Part shown: in pieces, positions 29,486 to 44,400 of the stretch
How positions within the stretch are numbered: the first letter of the stretch is position 1
Layout: each line of letters starts with the position of its first letter
Source: Chrysomallon squamiferum
Taxonomy: Eukaryota > Animalia > Mollusca
Reading direction: 5' to 3'
Length of the DNA: 64,000 bases
Assembly (NCBI GenBank): GCA_012295275.1
Contig: CM022679.1
Location: 29,016,001 to 29,080,000, forward strand
The notes under the pieces: model-generated
Database searches by the model: none
The model's input: only the letters and a program-made list of their open reading frames with translations
Told to the model about the DNA's origin: nothing
Translations under genes and position numbers: made by a program

Positions 29486-30865
29486 CTAAACAGGGTGAAA
29501 AAAAAAAAACCCATAAAATAAACACTGAATTGGCTGCCTGTTTTTCAGATTTATGCTAATACATTACAAAACGGAAATTCTTTACATATTTTTTAACTTT
29601 TTTGTTTTGTTTTGTTTATCTATGTTGAATGCAGTCACTAACATTTATTTTCAAGAGAGAGAGAAAAAAAAAAAAATTTCATCATGATAATGTTTTTTTT
29701 TTTAGAGATTAAAAGTTTCATATGCAAGATCTATTGTTTGATGTATTTATTTAAAATTTTATTTTATTTTATTTATATATTTATTTTTTATATTTATTAT
29801 TATTATTATTGAATTGAATTTATTTGTTTAAGCTCAGAGCATTTATATATTTAATTTGTATTTTAAATTTTAAAAACGTTTCTGTTTATTATCGTTATTA
29901 CTGTTGTCATTAATTAATTAATTAATTAATCATTTTATTATCATCATTGTTGTTTAAAAATTTAATTATTTAATTGAAAACAGAGGAATTCAAACTAAAC
30001 AATGTTGTTCCTTTCATTCACGTCATCATATTTTTTTCAAGTTTGAAAGTAAAGTACATCAAGGTAGTTTGGCAAAAATCTATCAATCTGTGTCAAGGAA
30101 AAAGTAATTTTAGCATTTTGCCAGCAAAAGAGAAAATAAAAAAATAAAAATAATAAAAACTGCGCATATGTAGGTTGCACCATTCTTGCAAAATACAGTT
30201 TCAGTGTAGAAAAATTACTAAAAAAACCAAAAAACAAACAAACCACAAAACAACAAAAATAATGTAAAATACAAAAATAAATGCTTTTTTAATTTTTTTT
30301 TTCTTCTAATAGATGTTAAACATTTTTGGGGATTCCACCTGAATTTACAAGTGCATATTTATATAGGAAAAAAGTTAATGTGAAAATATAATAACAAAAT
30401 AAAAATAAATAAAATCTGTAATCGATGAGTAAGTGAATTTTTATTTGTTCTAATATTGATATTTAAAATTTAAAAGTAATAAAAAAACAGATGTATTTTT
30501 TTATTGTTAATGTTCTTGGGGTTTTGTATTAAGATTTGATAAAAAAAAAAAAAAAAAATTTAAAAATAATAATAGTAATAACAATAATTATAAAAGCAAC
30601 ATCATTAATAATAATAATAATTTAAATTAAATAATAAACAAGTAAACAAAATTCTTAATAGCTTAAATATTTGTTGAAAACAGAATTCACATCTTATTTG
30701 TGTACTGTGATTTACAACTTATTTATTTGGTGCCTGTCACAAGTTCATGTTGTAAAGATGTATAGTTGTACTTGTAGATATATATAGTCTATCAGTATTT
30801 TATAGTTTATAAGTATATTTTTATTACTTGCGGTAACATAAACAATGTTTTTTTAACTCTTCACC

Positions 30866-30920
<55 letters not shown>

Positions 30921-31077
30921 TAAAAATGACAGTAGAGGAATGTCTGTACATACCAATGTTATGAGTGTTTAATGTGACATATAAAAGTTATGTTATTTAC
31001 ACGCAAGGTTAAGTACTGTTTGTAAATCTCTTCATACAAACCTTAATTTATGAAGTCAGTTTTAGTCTTATATTACC

Positions 31078-31130
<53 letters not shown>

Positions 31131-31425
31131 TAAAACCTATACATAAAAGAATGGTTAAAAAAAACTTTCTTCAGTATTAAGTGCCAAATAATGGCTACCT
31201 ATGAATCAGTATATTGATAAATGTTTAAAACTAAAACATTAAATATTAGTATTATTTAAGTAATTAAAATTAATTGTTTTGTATATATATATATATATAT
31301 GCACACATGCACACATGCACACACAAACACACAAACATGACTGATGTAACTTTGGTACATTCTGTTCAGACTTGAATTTGTTGAAGTTTAATCATTTGAA
31401 AAATTCCTGTCTGTTATCCTTTCAT

Positions 31426-31538
<113 letters not shown>

Positions 31539-33080
31539 AATACATATATTTATTCATATTTTTACAAGGAATGTTTCTGATTTGTTTACAATGAAAAGAA
31601 AACTAGTTCAGTCAGGTGAAGCTTCAAGATTTCTTGTTATCCCTTGACTCATTCTGTTCAGGTGTGCAGAAATACCTGTTTTCCAGTGCAGGTAGTAATA
31701 AATACAGATGACACAATAATTAATATAACACCTGACATATAAATACACAGACTGAGTCTGTAGTTACATAAAATAAATAGTAATTTGGATTTAAATAAAT
31801 AAATAAATAAAAATACTTGGGGAGGGGGAACAAGACATTTTGAATGAGAAAATCTTTATTTTTCTGTTACAGTTTATATAAACTCTGATTCTATGATGTA
31901 AAAAAAAAAGAATAAAAATAAAAATAAAGTATAAATCAATTTCAGATTAAAATCAGTTTAGAATGTAACTCAGTAAACTGATTCTGTGAAGTAAAATCAA
32001 ATTAATGTAAATAAATGTAGATTAAAATGAGATGATAATGCAGCTCAATGAACTTACTTTTAATTGTTACAATTTTTTTACCTTAATAATCTGCTACATG
32101 TTTGTCTCACCATAGATTTATTAATATCACTTTTAATACACTATATATATCTCATTTCATCAACAAACAAAAAAAATGTTCATCAATATCTATAATTCAT
32201 GTATGTTAATGCTATAACATAAATAATCTGTTTTGGTGTATTCTTTTCATGTAAAAATGTGTGCATTAGCATCAGATAAACTACTAAACGATTTTCAGTC
32301 ATGATAGATCACATACATTTGTATATTGTTTTAATATATTTACGTTAAACCAGATATTTAAAGTACTGTATTCAACAGGTGGTTGTATTTTATTTATTTT
32401 TATTTTTTCATTGTGTGGGGTGTTTTCTAGGTAAAATATACCTCAGAAATTTAAATTTTTCTTTAAATAAATAAATTAAAAAAAATAATCAATAATTAAA
32501 ATATATTAAAATAAAAATATAATAATGATAATAATAATAAAAATTTAAAAAAATTATAATTGAATATATGAATGTATGATCATTAAATAAAATAAATAAA
32601 TTAATTAATTAACTAACATAAATCAATTAATTAATTAACTAACATAAATCAGTATCACATGAGTCTTTGGTGGGATGGGAAACAAAGTACATTTAAGGAT
32701 ATGAGCCATTAATCAGTAATGTAATCTGTCTGTGACAATGAGCAGCTTTGTTCAGGTCAGGGTCAAACATAAAAAGTCTGTAACAACACCACAGTCAAAC
32801 GAGTTAGCAGTAATTAACAGGTAATTAGCAGAGTGGGAGGACAATGACACTAATTAACTTTACTTCTTACCTGTAGATTTTTTTACCTCAAAAGAGTTCA
32901 TTGTAGTGTGTGTCAGGTGAAAGTGGTGTTGTTACACCAAAACACAATTGTGATTTTTTATTTTTATTTTTTAATAATTACATTATCATGAGTCACCCCC
33001 TGAGACCAGCTTCCACTGCCCCATGAGAGGGTGTGTTCTGTTGTTTCATGAAAATAAGGAATTCATCTGCAGTATGAACA

Positions 33081-33240
33081 GTTTTGTAGAAGTAAGGAAT
33101 AATACTGGACAGGACAGTTCTGTAGAAATAAGGAATGCAGCTACAGTTTCGTAAGAATAAGGAATAAAAACAGTGTGGACACGTTTTGTAGGAATAAGGA
33201 ATAAAAACTGTGGACAGGTTTTGTAGGAATAAGGAATACT
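33081..33240. repeat. Degenerate minisatellite, 5 copies of GTTTTGTAGGAATAAGGAATA, 29-37 bp spacing
   Basis: Cores at about 33081, 33117, 33146, 33183 and 33218. Confidence 0.8.
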
Positions 33241-33726
33241 GTAGCTGGGTGGAGATCTGGTAACAGTTTGGTGTTCAAAGTTGAATAACTGTAAATTTTG
33301 TATCATGAAGTTCAAGAAGGTATTCTGTTTATTATATACACATATTTTGTTTATATGTATTTTGTTTATTTACACATTTTTTTTGTTTGTTATATAAATA
33401 TATTTTGTTTGTTTACACACTTTTTTGCTTATTTACACATAATTTGTTTGTTTCTGTGTCTTTTGTACACTAATGTTTGTATTTTACAGTTATACGTATA
33501 TTTAGGAAAAGTGTAGATGTATGTTTTTATAATAGGTACCAGGTGCTTGAAAAGTGTGTGTGTGTGTGTGTGTGTCTGTCTGAAACTCAGTACTAAGCAA
33601 ATTTTAATAATAATAATAAACAACAAAAATAATAACAAAACTAATAATAATTTTAGTAATGTACCAGTTTCTTGACAATGTATGGTCACAGACATTTTAA
33701 TTGTTCATAGATGTGTATTTTAAAAC

Positions 33727-33801
<75 letters not shown>

Positions 33802-34285
33802 TTATTAAATAGTCATTGATACAACAGAAAAAGAAAAACAAAATAATTTAAAAAAAATTATGGAATTGTTTATTAACAGTAAACATATTTTCTAGAGTGA
33901 CTTGAACATTTATTTGAATAATTTCTGTTTATTGTCAACAACAACATTAACTAGAATCTAACCATTTTTATTTTAAATATAATTATATAATGTTGGCAAG
34001 CTGTTATGATGATATTTTAATTATTTAGCTAGAAGATTGCATGAATATTTTATACCAGATTTTATTTATGGTCATCTGAAAGCAATTCATTATTTCCCAG
34101 TGGTTTTGAATAATAAAATATTAATTTTATACTGAAAGATAGAAAGATAAAGACTAGATAGTCATATTTTCTTTTTTCTTCCTTCTGAAATATTTCCCTC
34201 TCCCTCTGACTATCATTTTATCTTTGCTCTTCCTTTTCTTTCTCCCGCTTTCCATCTGTCTATGTGGTTCATTTTCTTTTTCAGC

Positions 34286-34397
<112 letters not shown>

Positions 34398-34671
34398 GTA
34401 TAGAATATACATAACATCTCACCTAAGAACCTGTTTGTAATTTTATAATTAATCCACGTTTATTAGCAGCAGTACTAATTGACTTGAAACATTCCAATTT
34501 AGATGTGTCATCTTTCAAACACTCTTAATGAAAATCTCCTAACAGAAATGTTAATTAGGTTAATAACAGCTTAGGTTGTCTTATGGAATGTCTGTTGGTT
34601 TAATTTTATTATGTTGTTTTAAAACAAAATGATTGTGTGTGATGTAATATAACTGATATTTACACACAAAC

Positions 34672-34728
<57 letters not shown>

Positions 34729-34971
34729 TATTTTAATGAGACAGATGCAAGACAAAAATGTCACAAATATCTCTGTAAGTCTTTGTCTGTTTTTCTGTCT
34801 GTCTGTCCCTGTCTCTCTCTTTAACCATATACACATACATACTTACAAACGTGTGTAAAACATAGGTGTCTGTACATAATCTTTGTAAAAACGTAACTGT
34901 ATTATAATTAAGAAATAGATTTAAGAGTGAATCAGGTAGTGTTACATTATTGTTGGTGTTGTGTGTTTCAG

Positions 34972-35185
34972 ATCAGTAACGCAGCAGGGACCAATGCCAG
35001 TGTCCCAATGGATCGAATGATGCGAATGCTGAGTCCTGGAACAAGAAGAAGATTTCCTGCCAACACTCACCTCCCAGCAAACAAAACTTTTGGGGTGTCA
35101 CTGGAGGACCTGGTTAGGCGTGCGCCTGATGGGTGCAAAGTCCCACTGATTGTGACAAAAATCTGCACCTACATTGAGAAAAATG
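34972..35185 (+). CDS. FAM13A: FAM13 exon, start of RhoGAP domain
   Basis: tttcag|ATC ... AAT G|gttcgt; KTFGVSLEDLV, VPLIVTKICTYIEKNG. Confidence 0.93.
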
Positions 35186-36573
35186 GTTCGTTCTTTCAAA
35201 ACTTAACACTGTGCTTGTAATAGCCCCTGGCAAAAACAAGCTACAATAGAACTATTCAAAATATTAAAATAATATATTTTTGTTTTTTTCAGGTAAAAAT
35301 AAGAATAAGTAACTATTACACGCCATGAAAGATTAAAAAACAGAAATTAAAAAAAAGAAAAAAGAAATAAAATAAGCCCACTTAACAAAATTCACTAACT
35401 TTCAAATTCCTGTATGTGTGTGTGTGTATGCATGCATGAATTAGAGCAAAATTAAAAAACAAAAACAATCAGATGTTTTGATCTCTTCTAAAATGAATCT
35501 TAGAAAAACTGTTCTACCAGCTACCTTTATTTATTTATAATAATGTTAGTAAATAAATCATTATTATTTATTTTTAACTTTTTTTTTTTTTTTTATGGGT
35601 ATAATTCTTCACTTACTGTTTTTGTTTCAGTTATTGGTAGTGGTAACAATATTGCTGTTATTATTAATTATTGTAACTATCAAGTATTTATTAATTTACT
35701 GGATTGTTAATTAATTAATTAATTAATAAAATTGTGTATTTGTTAATAAATTATTTGTTATTTATTTATTTGAAAGGTTTAGAACAAGAGGGAGTGTTTC
35801 GAGTCAATGGTAACTCTAAAACTGTTGAGAAACTCAAGTATTTATTTGACCATGTTGGAGATGCTGAATTTGATGACGATGATGACATCATGGCCATTGC
35901 CGGTCTGCTGAAGTTATTTCTCAGAGAAATGTCTGATGCTGTTATTCCACAAAGCAAAACAAAATCTTTTCTCTCCATTTATGAGGGTAAGAGTCTAAAT
36001 TTATTATTTTTTATTTTATTAAGTAATCAATTTATTTATTTATTTATTCAGATCATGGTTTTATTATAATATTGTTTTGTTTATTATATTTAAATAATAA
36101 AAATCACAGCAACAGTAATAATAAATGAAATAATTATAATAATGTTAATACTTTAATTAAAAAGTAAACCATCAATAATCAGTTTGTATCTTTCATTTAT
36201 ATTTGAAAACATTTTCATAGCCGCTATTTATTTGTTTATTTACTTATTTGATTTTTGTTTAGTTTACTTTATTTATTTATTTATTTTTATTTATTTATTC
36301 ATTTGTCTATCAGTCTATCTATTTATTTTAAAACAGTTTTTTGTAACTTATAGTGTTTGTTTTTTTCTGGGTTTTTTTCTAGATAAAACAGGTGATAATG
36401 ACAGTCTGGTGATAAATCTGAAAAACCTGGTGGACAGTTTACCCAGAGTCAACTACGATCTGCTCAAGTTTTTAATTAGGTTTCTCATTGTTGTTGCCCA
36501 CCACGAAACCAAAAACAAAATGAGTCCAATGGCTCTCTGCATTGTGTTTGGTCCAAACCTTTTTAAGTAAGTA

Positions 36574-36619
<46 letters not shown>

Positions 36620-37756
36620 TTAAAAGTAATATAATAATATTTGTATTACAAACATGTATTTAATTATTTTAAAAATGAGACAAGATAGATCATCGAGTTA
36701 CAAAAAAAGTGTAATAGATTTATTTTTAAAATTAAAAAAAAAAAAAAAAATTTTTCATTTGTTGTGTTACTTCTTATTTTTTATTTATCTACCTCAATTT
36801 TTATTAATTATTAATATTACTGTTTTTTATTTGTTAAATTATTAGTTATTATTTATTCACATCTTTATTGATTGATTGATTGATTGATTTTTGTATTTAT
36901 TTACATACTTTTATTTGTTTACTTTTATTTATTTATTTATTTAAGTATTTATTTATTTATTTATTTATTTGTTTGTTTAAGTATTTATTTATTTATTTAT
37001 TTGTTTATTTGTTTGTTTATTTCAGATGTGGGGATGGAATGGCAGGTATGCGAGACCAAGGTGTCACAAATCAGATAGTTTACAAGTTTATCACGGAGTA
37101 TGACAACATTTTCAAAGTGGATGGAGAAGATTCACCAGTCTCAGAATGGGTAAGTCACACCACACCCACAAACACATTCTTCACCAGAATTCAACATATT
37201 ATAACTATTTTTAAACATAGTTATTTAAAAACAAAACTCTTTCTCTAACTATTTACTAATATAATATAAAAAAAAAAAAAAAAAAAATGCTAGATTAATT
37301 CCATCTGTGAAAAAATCACAATAATATTTGATTGTTAAACTTAATTATTACCAAACGTTGGGGTGATAAACAAATAAAACAAAAAAACATGGATGTAAAC
37401 TATTAAGGACATGGTTTAAAATTAATTTTTGAAATGTATGTGATAATCTTTTCAGAGAAACAAGTACAGGAAAGTGCCACCTGTGCGACCTCCTCCACCC
37501 AAATTTCAAGAAAAACCAGTCGACAGTATACCTGTACCTTCACCTAGGAAGGTGAGTTGTATTACCTGTTTCACCTTCAAATGAAAGTTATTTATATATA
37601 TTCTTTGTTTCTAAGCTTCTGTGATGAAAATAACTTAAAAGATTCTCTGATGTATAAGTTCGTATTTTTTATTTTTTATTTTTTTATTGAACTTTTTGCA
37701 AAATGTTTCTTTTTATGTTGGAAAGAAGCATTTTAATTGTAAAATATCTATATGTG

Positions 37757-37830
<74 letters not shown>

Positions 37831-37945
37831 TGTGTGTCTGTGTGTTTGTGTGTGTGTGATTGTGTGTGTGTTGTGTGTGTGTGTGTGTGTGTTGTGTGTG
37901 TGTGTGTGTGTGTGTGTGTCTGTGTGTGTGAGTGTGTGTGTGTGT

Positions 37946-37984
<39 letters not shown>

Positions 37985-38422
37985 TGTGTGAGTATGTGTG
38001 TGTGTGTGTTAGTGTTAGTTTCATGTTATAAACTCACTGTGTGTTTCAGATTCGTAAAAACTACAACATCAACCACCAGCTAGAAGACGAAGAGCTGGAC
38101 AAAAGTGACACATCGGCGAGTGTGGCGTCATGCAGCCACAACAGCCACAGCCCTCACATCGGTGATGATGTCGACTACCTCAGCAGGGCCTCTCCTATTA
38201 CGTATGAAAGTGATGGTCTGAGTATTGTTGAATCTCCCGTTCCGACTCCAAAAATTCATGAGTATGTATTTTAAATTTATTTACCATTAAAATCTTTTTT
38301 TTTTCTACGTCTTCATTTATTATCATTAGTTATTTTTATTACTGAAATAACAATAACTGCTACTACTGCTACTACCCTTGTTATTGTTATCATTGTTATT
38401 ATGATGATGATGATTATTATTA

Positions 38423-38466
<44 letters not shown>

Positions 38467-41400
38467 GTTATTTTTATTATTACTATTGTTGTTGTTGTTA
38501 TTATTATTACAATTACAGGTAATAGTGATGTTTTTAAAAAGTAAAGTTTATTTTCAGGCTGGTTGAGAGAACTATCAGTATGACAGTCACAGAACATATA
38601 TTTGGAGAACAAGACACAGAACCTAATGGTAATTTTATATATCATACTAAAGCTTTGTTGTGATAACAAGACACAGAACCTAATGGTAATTTTATATATC
38701 ATACTAAAGCTTTGTTGTGATAACAAGACACAGAACCTAATGGTAATTTTATATGTAATATTTCACTGAGGTATAATTTACCATCTTTCATGACTTTGTT
38801 TCTGAAAATGTAAAATACCAGCCTACTGCAGCAGTTTACTCAGCTGTGACAAAAGTTAACAAGGAAGAGCAAACAAGTCTTGAGCAAGTTTGTTTTATCA
38901 ATGAATTATATAGATCTGCCTCTTATTTATTTTATTGTATTTTATTACATTTTATTTATTGATTTTTTTTTATCTATTTTATTTATATTGGTGGGGATGT
39001 AAACAAAAAACGGTCTATGTGCACACGCATCATCTCATATTTTTAATATTTTTAAATTTTGTATTAATACCATTAAAAGGGTTGGGGGAAAAAACAAAAT
39101 TAAACACTGATAATAAAAACATGAATTTTGTTTGTACCATTGTATATAAATTTTTATGCATCTATTTAAAATCATATAAATGTATTTATATGATTTAATA
39201 TAATAAATAATAAGTACACCAGCAACAAGAACTTTTTGAAACAGCACATTACAGAAGATATTTCTGTCTTTCAGGCATCCTGTCAAATGAAGAATGTGCA
39301 GCACACACTCAGAATGATAGGTTTGTTTGAGAGTATTTTATTATTTTTTATATCCGTTTTTCAGACAACTCAGTCAAATAAATGTTGATGTTAGATGATA
39401 CCAAGATATTGTACAGGACTGATATGATTCAGTGCTTTAGAAATTGTGTTATAAACTGATTATTGTAATTAAGATAAATAGCAAAAAAACCATAATAAAA
39501 TATAAAAATATTTTTTGTTGGCACAGTCTGAAGGATAACTGAATAATGATTTGAAATGTGGTATCACACTGAGATCAATTTCTGCAGCACCCTGTAAATA
39601 TTTTGTAAAAATATATTTTGTTTAATCAGATCTGATGAAGAGAGTGCAGCAGTCACCAGAGAAGAAACAGAAAAACACGAGAGGCAGACGCCAGAAATCA
39701 CTTTTGAAGCAGCACCAAAGGTACATAACTCTTAACATTTAAAAAAAAAATTAAAAAATCTCCTGTGATACTGAAATTATTTTTGTGTTTTGAAAGTAAT
39801 ATATGAATATTTGGTCTAGTTTTTTAAATTTATTTTATTAAAGATAGCTGTTAGGCTGTTGTATATTTCAGAAAGTATATCAAAATAAAAATAAATAAAA
39901 ACATGCTGAAATCACATACCCATGAAAACAATATTTGTAACAGTAAGTATATTTATTTATTTATTTATTTATTTATTTATTTCAGACACAAGCATCTGGA
40001 TATTTGTTAGAAGAAGATCAAGAAGATGACCTGGATGATAAATACAGGTAACAAAAACACAGTTTATTTTTACTTTGTTCTGTATTCACCACATTTCTCT
40101 GGATGATAAATACAGGTAACAAAAACACAGTTTATTTTTACTTTGTTCTGTATTCACCACGTTTCTCTGGATGATAAATACAGGTAACAAAAACACAGTT
40201 TATTTTTACTTTGTCCTGTATTCACCACGTTTCTCTAATCTTATTTAATACATAATATATAAATTTTAAAACTGAGTTAAGAAAAAGGAATATATATATA
40301 TATTTTTTTTTTCATGTTAATGAAATGTTTCTTTTACTGATTTTACAAAAAATAAACACATTGGTGAAAAATATTCTTACAAGTTCTGATGTTTTAATAT
40401 TAAGAATGAATAAATCTCACTTTTCATTTAAATAAAGGAATTTCTGTAAGGGTACACAATTTTTGTTAATTTCATCTTTTGTATATATTTCTTTTTTCTT
40501 TCTTTACTTCTTTACTTATTTCTTAATTCATTTATTTATTTATTAAAATTATAAATAAGATGTTTTGTATTTCAGGCAGTCAAGCGAAGTAGACACTGCA
40601 GAGTTTAGTGAAGTGGAACGGAGATCTGATGTGTTGTTTATGGTGAGTTTAGTCATCTTGCTTGTTATATTTAAATATTAGGAATTCCAACAGATGTTTA
40701 TCAGTTTGACAAGTGTATGAAAGATTTTTAAAAAAAGTAAAGAAGTTGCATTTTTGTATTATTCGTTCATGTTATTATTTTTTTTTTCCTGTCATTTCAG
40801 TTTTTTGTTATAGTTGTTTTCTTGCTTTCTGAATACATTTTTTATTTAATTTTTTATTATTTATAGTAAATGAACCCAAAAAAAAAAAACCAACAAAAGA
40901 AACCTTAACAAAAAAAAAAAAAAAAAAAATATAATTTTAAAAATAAATTTTCCATAAATCTAATTTAAAAAGTTGAGAATTACTGAATTATTGAAAAAAA
41001 AAAAAAGATAACAATAATAAATCCTAAATAAAAAAGAAATAAAAAAGAAATAAAAGTGTGATTACTTTCAGTTCAAGAAGCCGTCGGGTCCGAAGCGCCG
41101 ATCTCCAAGTCGAAGTTTTCGTAAAAGTGACAGCTCGGACCTCGACGCTGAGATCAACAAACTGCTGTCAGAGACTGAGCCCCTGGTGGACGAAGCCCGA
41201 CCCAGGCAGCTGAACGCCCCACCACGCAAACCCAGGAAGAACGTTCCCATGGCAACAGCAGACGCTGAAAACGGCAACAGTAGTCCGGCAAAATCGAGGA
41301 TTGCGTTTCTCGACATTCATCAGGAGAATTTACAGCTGTGTGTCTCCCCCGAGTCCTCGCCAACCAATCACAGAAAACCTTTCGTTCCCCCCCTCGATCT

Positions 41401-44400
41401 CACCACCCTTCACCAGACTGTCGATGGTTCAGGTATTTTATGTTGAAAAACTTTCTGTTAAAATGAAAAATCTTGACCTGTCTGACTTGTATTGTTCATT
41501 GATAAAATAAACATGCTTACAGTTAACTGATTTTTCCAGGTTTACTTAGAAACAGCTAAGTAAACTTCTGTACACATAATTGTTTTTAATCCACAATTGT
41601 TTGCAGTTTGCTTCATAATATAATTTGATTGGACAAAAGCTAGATTTGTTATGTCTCAGACGATTTCATTGGTCAAGAATGGAACTTGTGATATTTACTC
41701 AAGCAATCTGATTAGTCAAGAGCTAAATCATATTTTATAATGAAGATCCAGTGAACAAAAGATTGAACTTGACAACCATTTGTTTTAATTAATTTGTAAC
41801 TAAAATTTAGCCATAATAATAATAATAACAGTAATAATAATAATTTTTCTTCTTCTTCTTCTTCTTCTTCTTATTATTAATATGTGATTTTTTTTTTTTT
41901 TGTCTCTTTATTTTTACACCATGTTCTATGAATAGCCAAATCATTATTATTTTGAGAACAAAAAAGAAAAATGCATTTACTTGTATTTTTTCAAATTCTT
42001 CAGATGCTATTCCAGCCCTGAAAGCATACACAGTACCCTACCACTTGAGTAACAAACCAGCTGCAAACGAGGAAGATGAAGAAAATGCAGTGATCATATC
42101 TCCAGGGTCGAAACAACTCAAGCAGAATAACAGGTCAGTGGTCAATGTCAAGGTCACAGGTTCATCAAGTGCAGTGTTCAACCTCAGAAAGAAAAACGCT
42201 TTTTATTTGTATTTTCATTTTATTTATTTATTTATAAATATGAAATGTCAGGGATAAGTTGAAGGTTTTTTTTTTTTTATCATGGTTGGTTTGAACATTA
42301 TTAATTTCAAAATTAATTAATTGAAACATTTTAATTTATTTAATTTTAATTTTGCATATTAAAATGTTTATTTTTATTTTATTTATTTTTTTTAAATTTG
42401 TTTATTTCTTCATGATTTATTATTATTATTTTTTTAATTTCAGTTTATTTTTATTTATTTATTTATTTATTTGTGCCATCAAGCTGGGTATTCTGAGCAA
42501 GCCTAACTGAGAGAGGCAGTGCTATTTTGCTTCATGTCTTTAAAACTGGCCTGTGTGTTCTTACACTAATAATATTCAACAGTAAATGTTGTTTGACTGC
42601 TCACAGTGTTAATAATATTGTAATCATATTTTGCTTTATGCATGTTTTGATTACATACCTACGTATACTATCCTTTTATTTTTAAAACATTATTGTTTTT
42701 GTTGTTATTACGTTTTTTTTTTTTTTTTTTTTACACTTTAAGTCCAGCTTATAAAAAAAAAAAATAAAAAAAAAAAAAAAAATTATTATTATTATTACAT
42801 GTTATTGCAAATTAATTTATTCATATATTTGCTTGTTTGTTTATTTATTTATTTATTTATTTATTTATCTATTATGATGTTTTGGTATTGTTGTTTATGA
42901 AATAGTTTATAAATAGGTGAATATTACAGCTGTCTTTAGTGAGCTTGTGTATCACGACAGATAGAGGTGCTTTTATGACGTACAGTGTCCTACAGTTTGT
43001 CTGTCTGTCTGTTTGTAAGATTGTTACAGAAGGCAAGACTCATAAGAAGCAGGACTGAATTTAATATTTTGAATTTATTTTGTTCAGAAGACTTATACAT
43101 GGTAATCATTCTTAATATGAAATTGTTAGTCGAGGAAATTATTGTTTTAAATATTACAAAACACTTTTTTTTTTTCATTTTTATGCTTTTAATTCTAAAA
43201 TTTAGGCAATTGAAAAGTATTATAAATGATTATTAATTAAGTAATTTATTATTGTTATTGTTGTTTGTTATTATTTTGAAATATTAAAGTTATTAGGAAA
43301 AATAAATATATCATTAATGAATTTAAAATATATTGTTAAAGAAAAATTTGAAAAGATAAATAATTATTTAAATACACATTTTAAAAAGTTTTTAAATGTT
43401 AAAGGTAAAAGATAATTTTTGCTTCATTTTCGTAATTATTAAGATTTAAGTAGATTTTTAAAATATAAACAAAATAAAATAAAATAGATGCTCATATAAT
43501 GATAATGAGAAAATGCTTTCATTTCATTGTTTTTTTATAATATTTATGTCAAATTGATATAAAATGTTTTTGAAAAATAATTGTGGAAATAAGTAAAACG
43601 AATCTAGTTTCTTTCAATAAATAAATAACATTAACAAAAAATATTTTTCTAAATCCTTTTAAGAAATAAATAAAATTAACACACATTATGTTTCTTTTAA
43701 GAAAGAAACGAAATAACAAAAACGTACATTTCTGGATTGTATTAAGAACTATGTAAAAGAATTAAAAAGCGTCTCTGTCTGTCTAAAAGAACAACCTGTG
43801 TGTTTTCCTAGCTGGCTGAGTGATGGTGATTCTGAGGCTCCTCAGTCTCCTGGGCTGAGAATGACCTTCTGGAACAGGTGACTTGTCCAGTTCTTCACAG
43901 TCTTACGCTTGTCTGTCTTGTTTCCTTTTTCTGGAGAAGTTTTTTTGTTTTTTTTAATTGTGCTGGCTTTTGTCTGCTTTTGCTGTACTGAAAAACATTT
44001 CTGCTTCTGAGCTTTTACGTTTTTTTAAAACATAATTTTTTAATTTTGTTTTTTTTAATCATTTTTTTATTTTTTTTATTTTTTTTATTTTTGCAATCAT
44101 CAGAATTTCCAAAAAGAAGAAATGATGCTTTCACAGCATGTCAATTCTACTTTTTATCTTGCTGTATCTTAAAAATATTACAGTGGTACCTTGACTTACA
44201 AATGCCCCAACTTATGAGTTTTTCCAAAAGCTGTGTTAGAGTGAGGTTCAGATACGCCACTGCTAGTTGGCGCCACGAACAGTATAACATCCGTCCAGCA
44301 TCCTGCGTCTCACTCATCATGGAATCATCTCTGTTGTGTTGTGCTAGTGTTTTGTTGCAGTATTTTTGTGGGGTTGGAACAGATTAATGGTATTTCAGTT

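Noticed and set aside
37687-38031. CV/HT-repeat ORFs (also at 2109, 31372 and 34154)
   Set aside because: Dinucleotide microsatellite translations.
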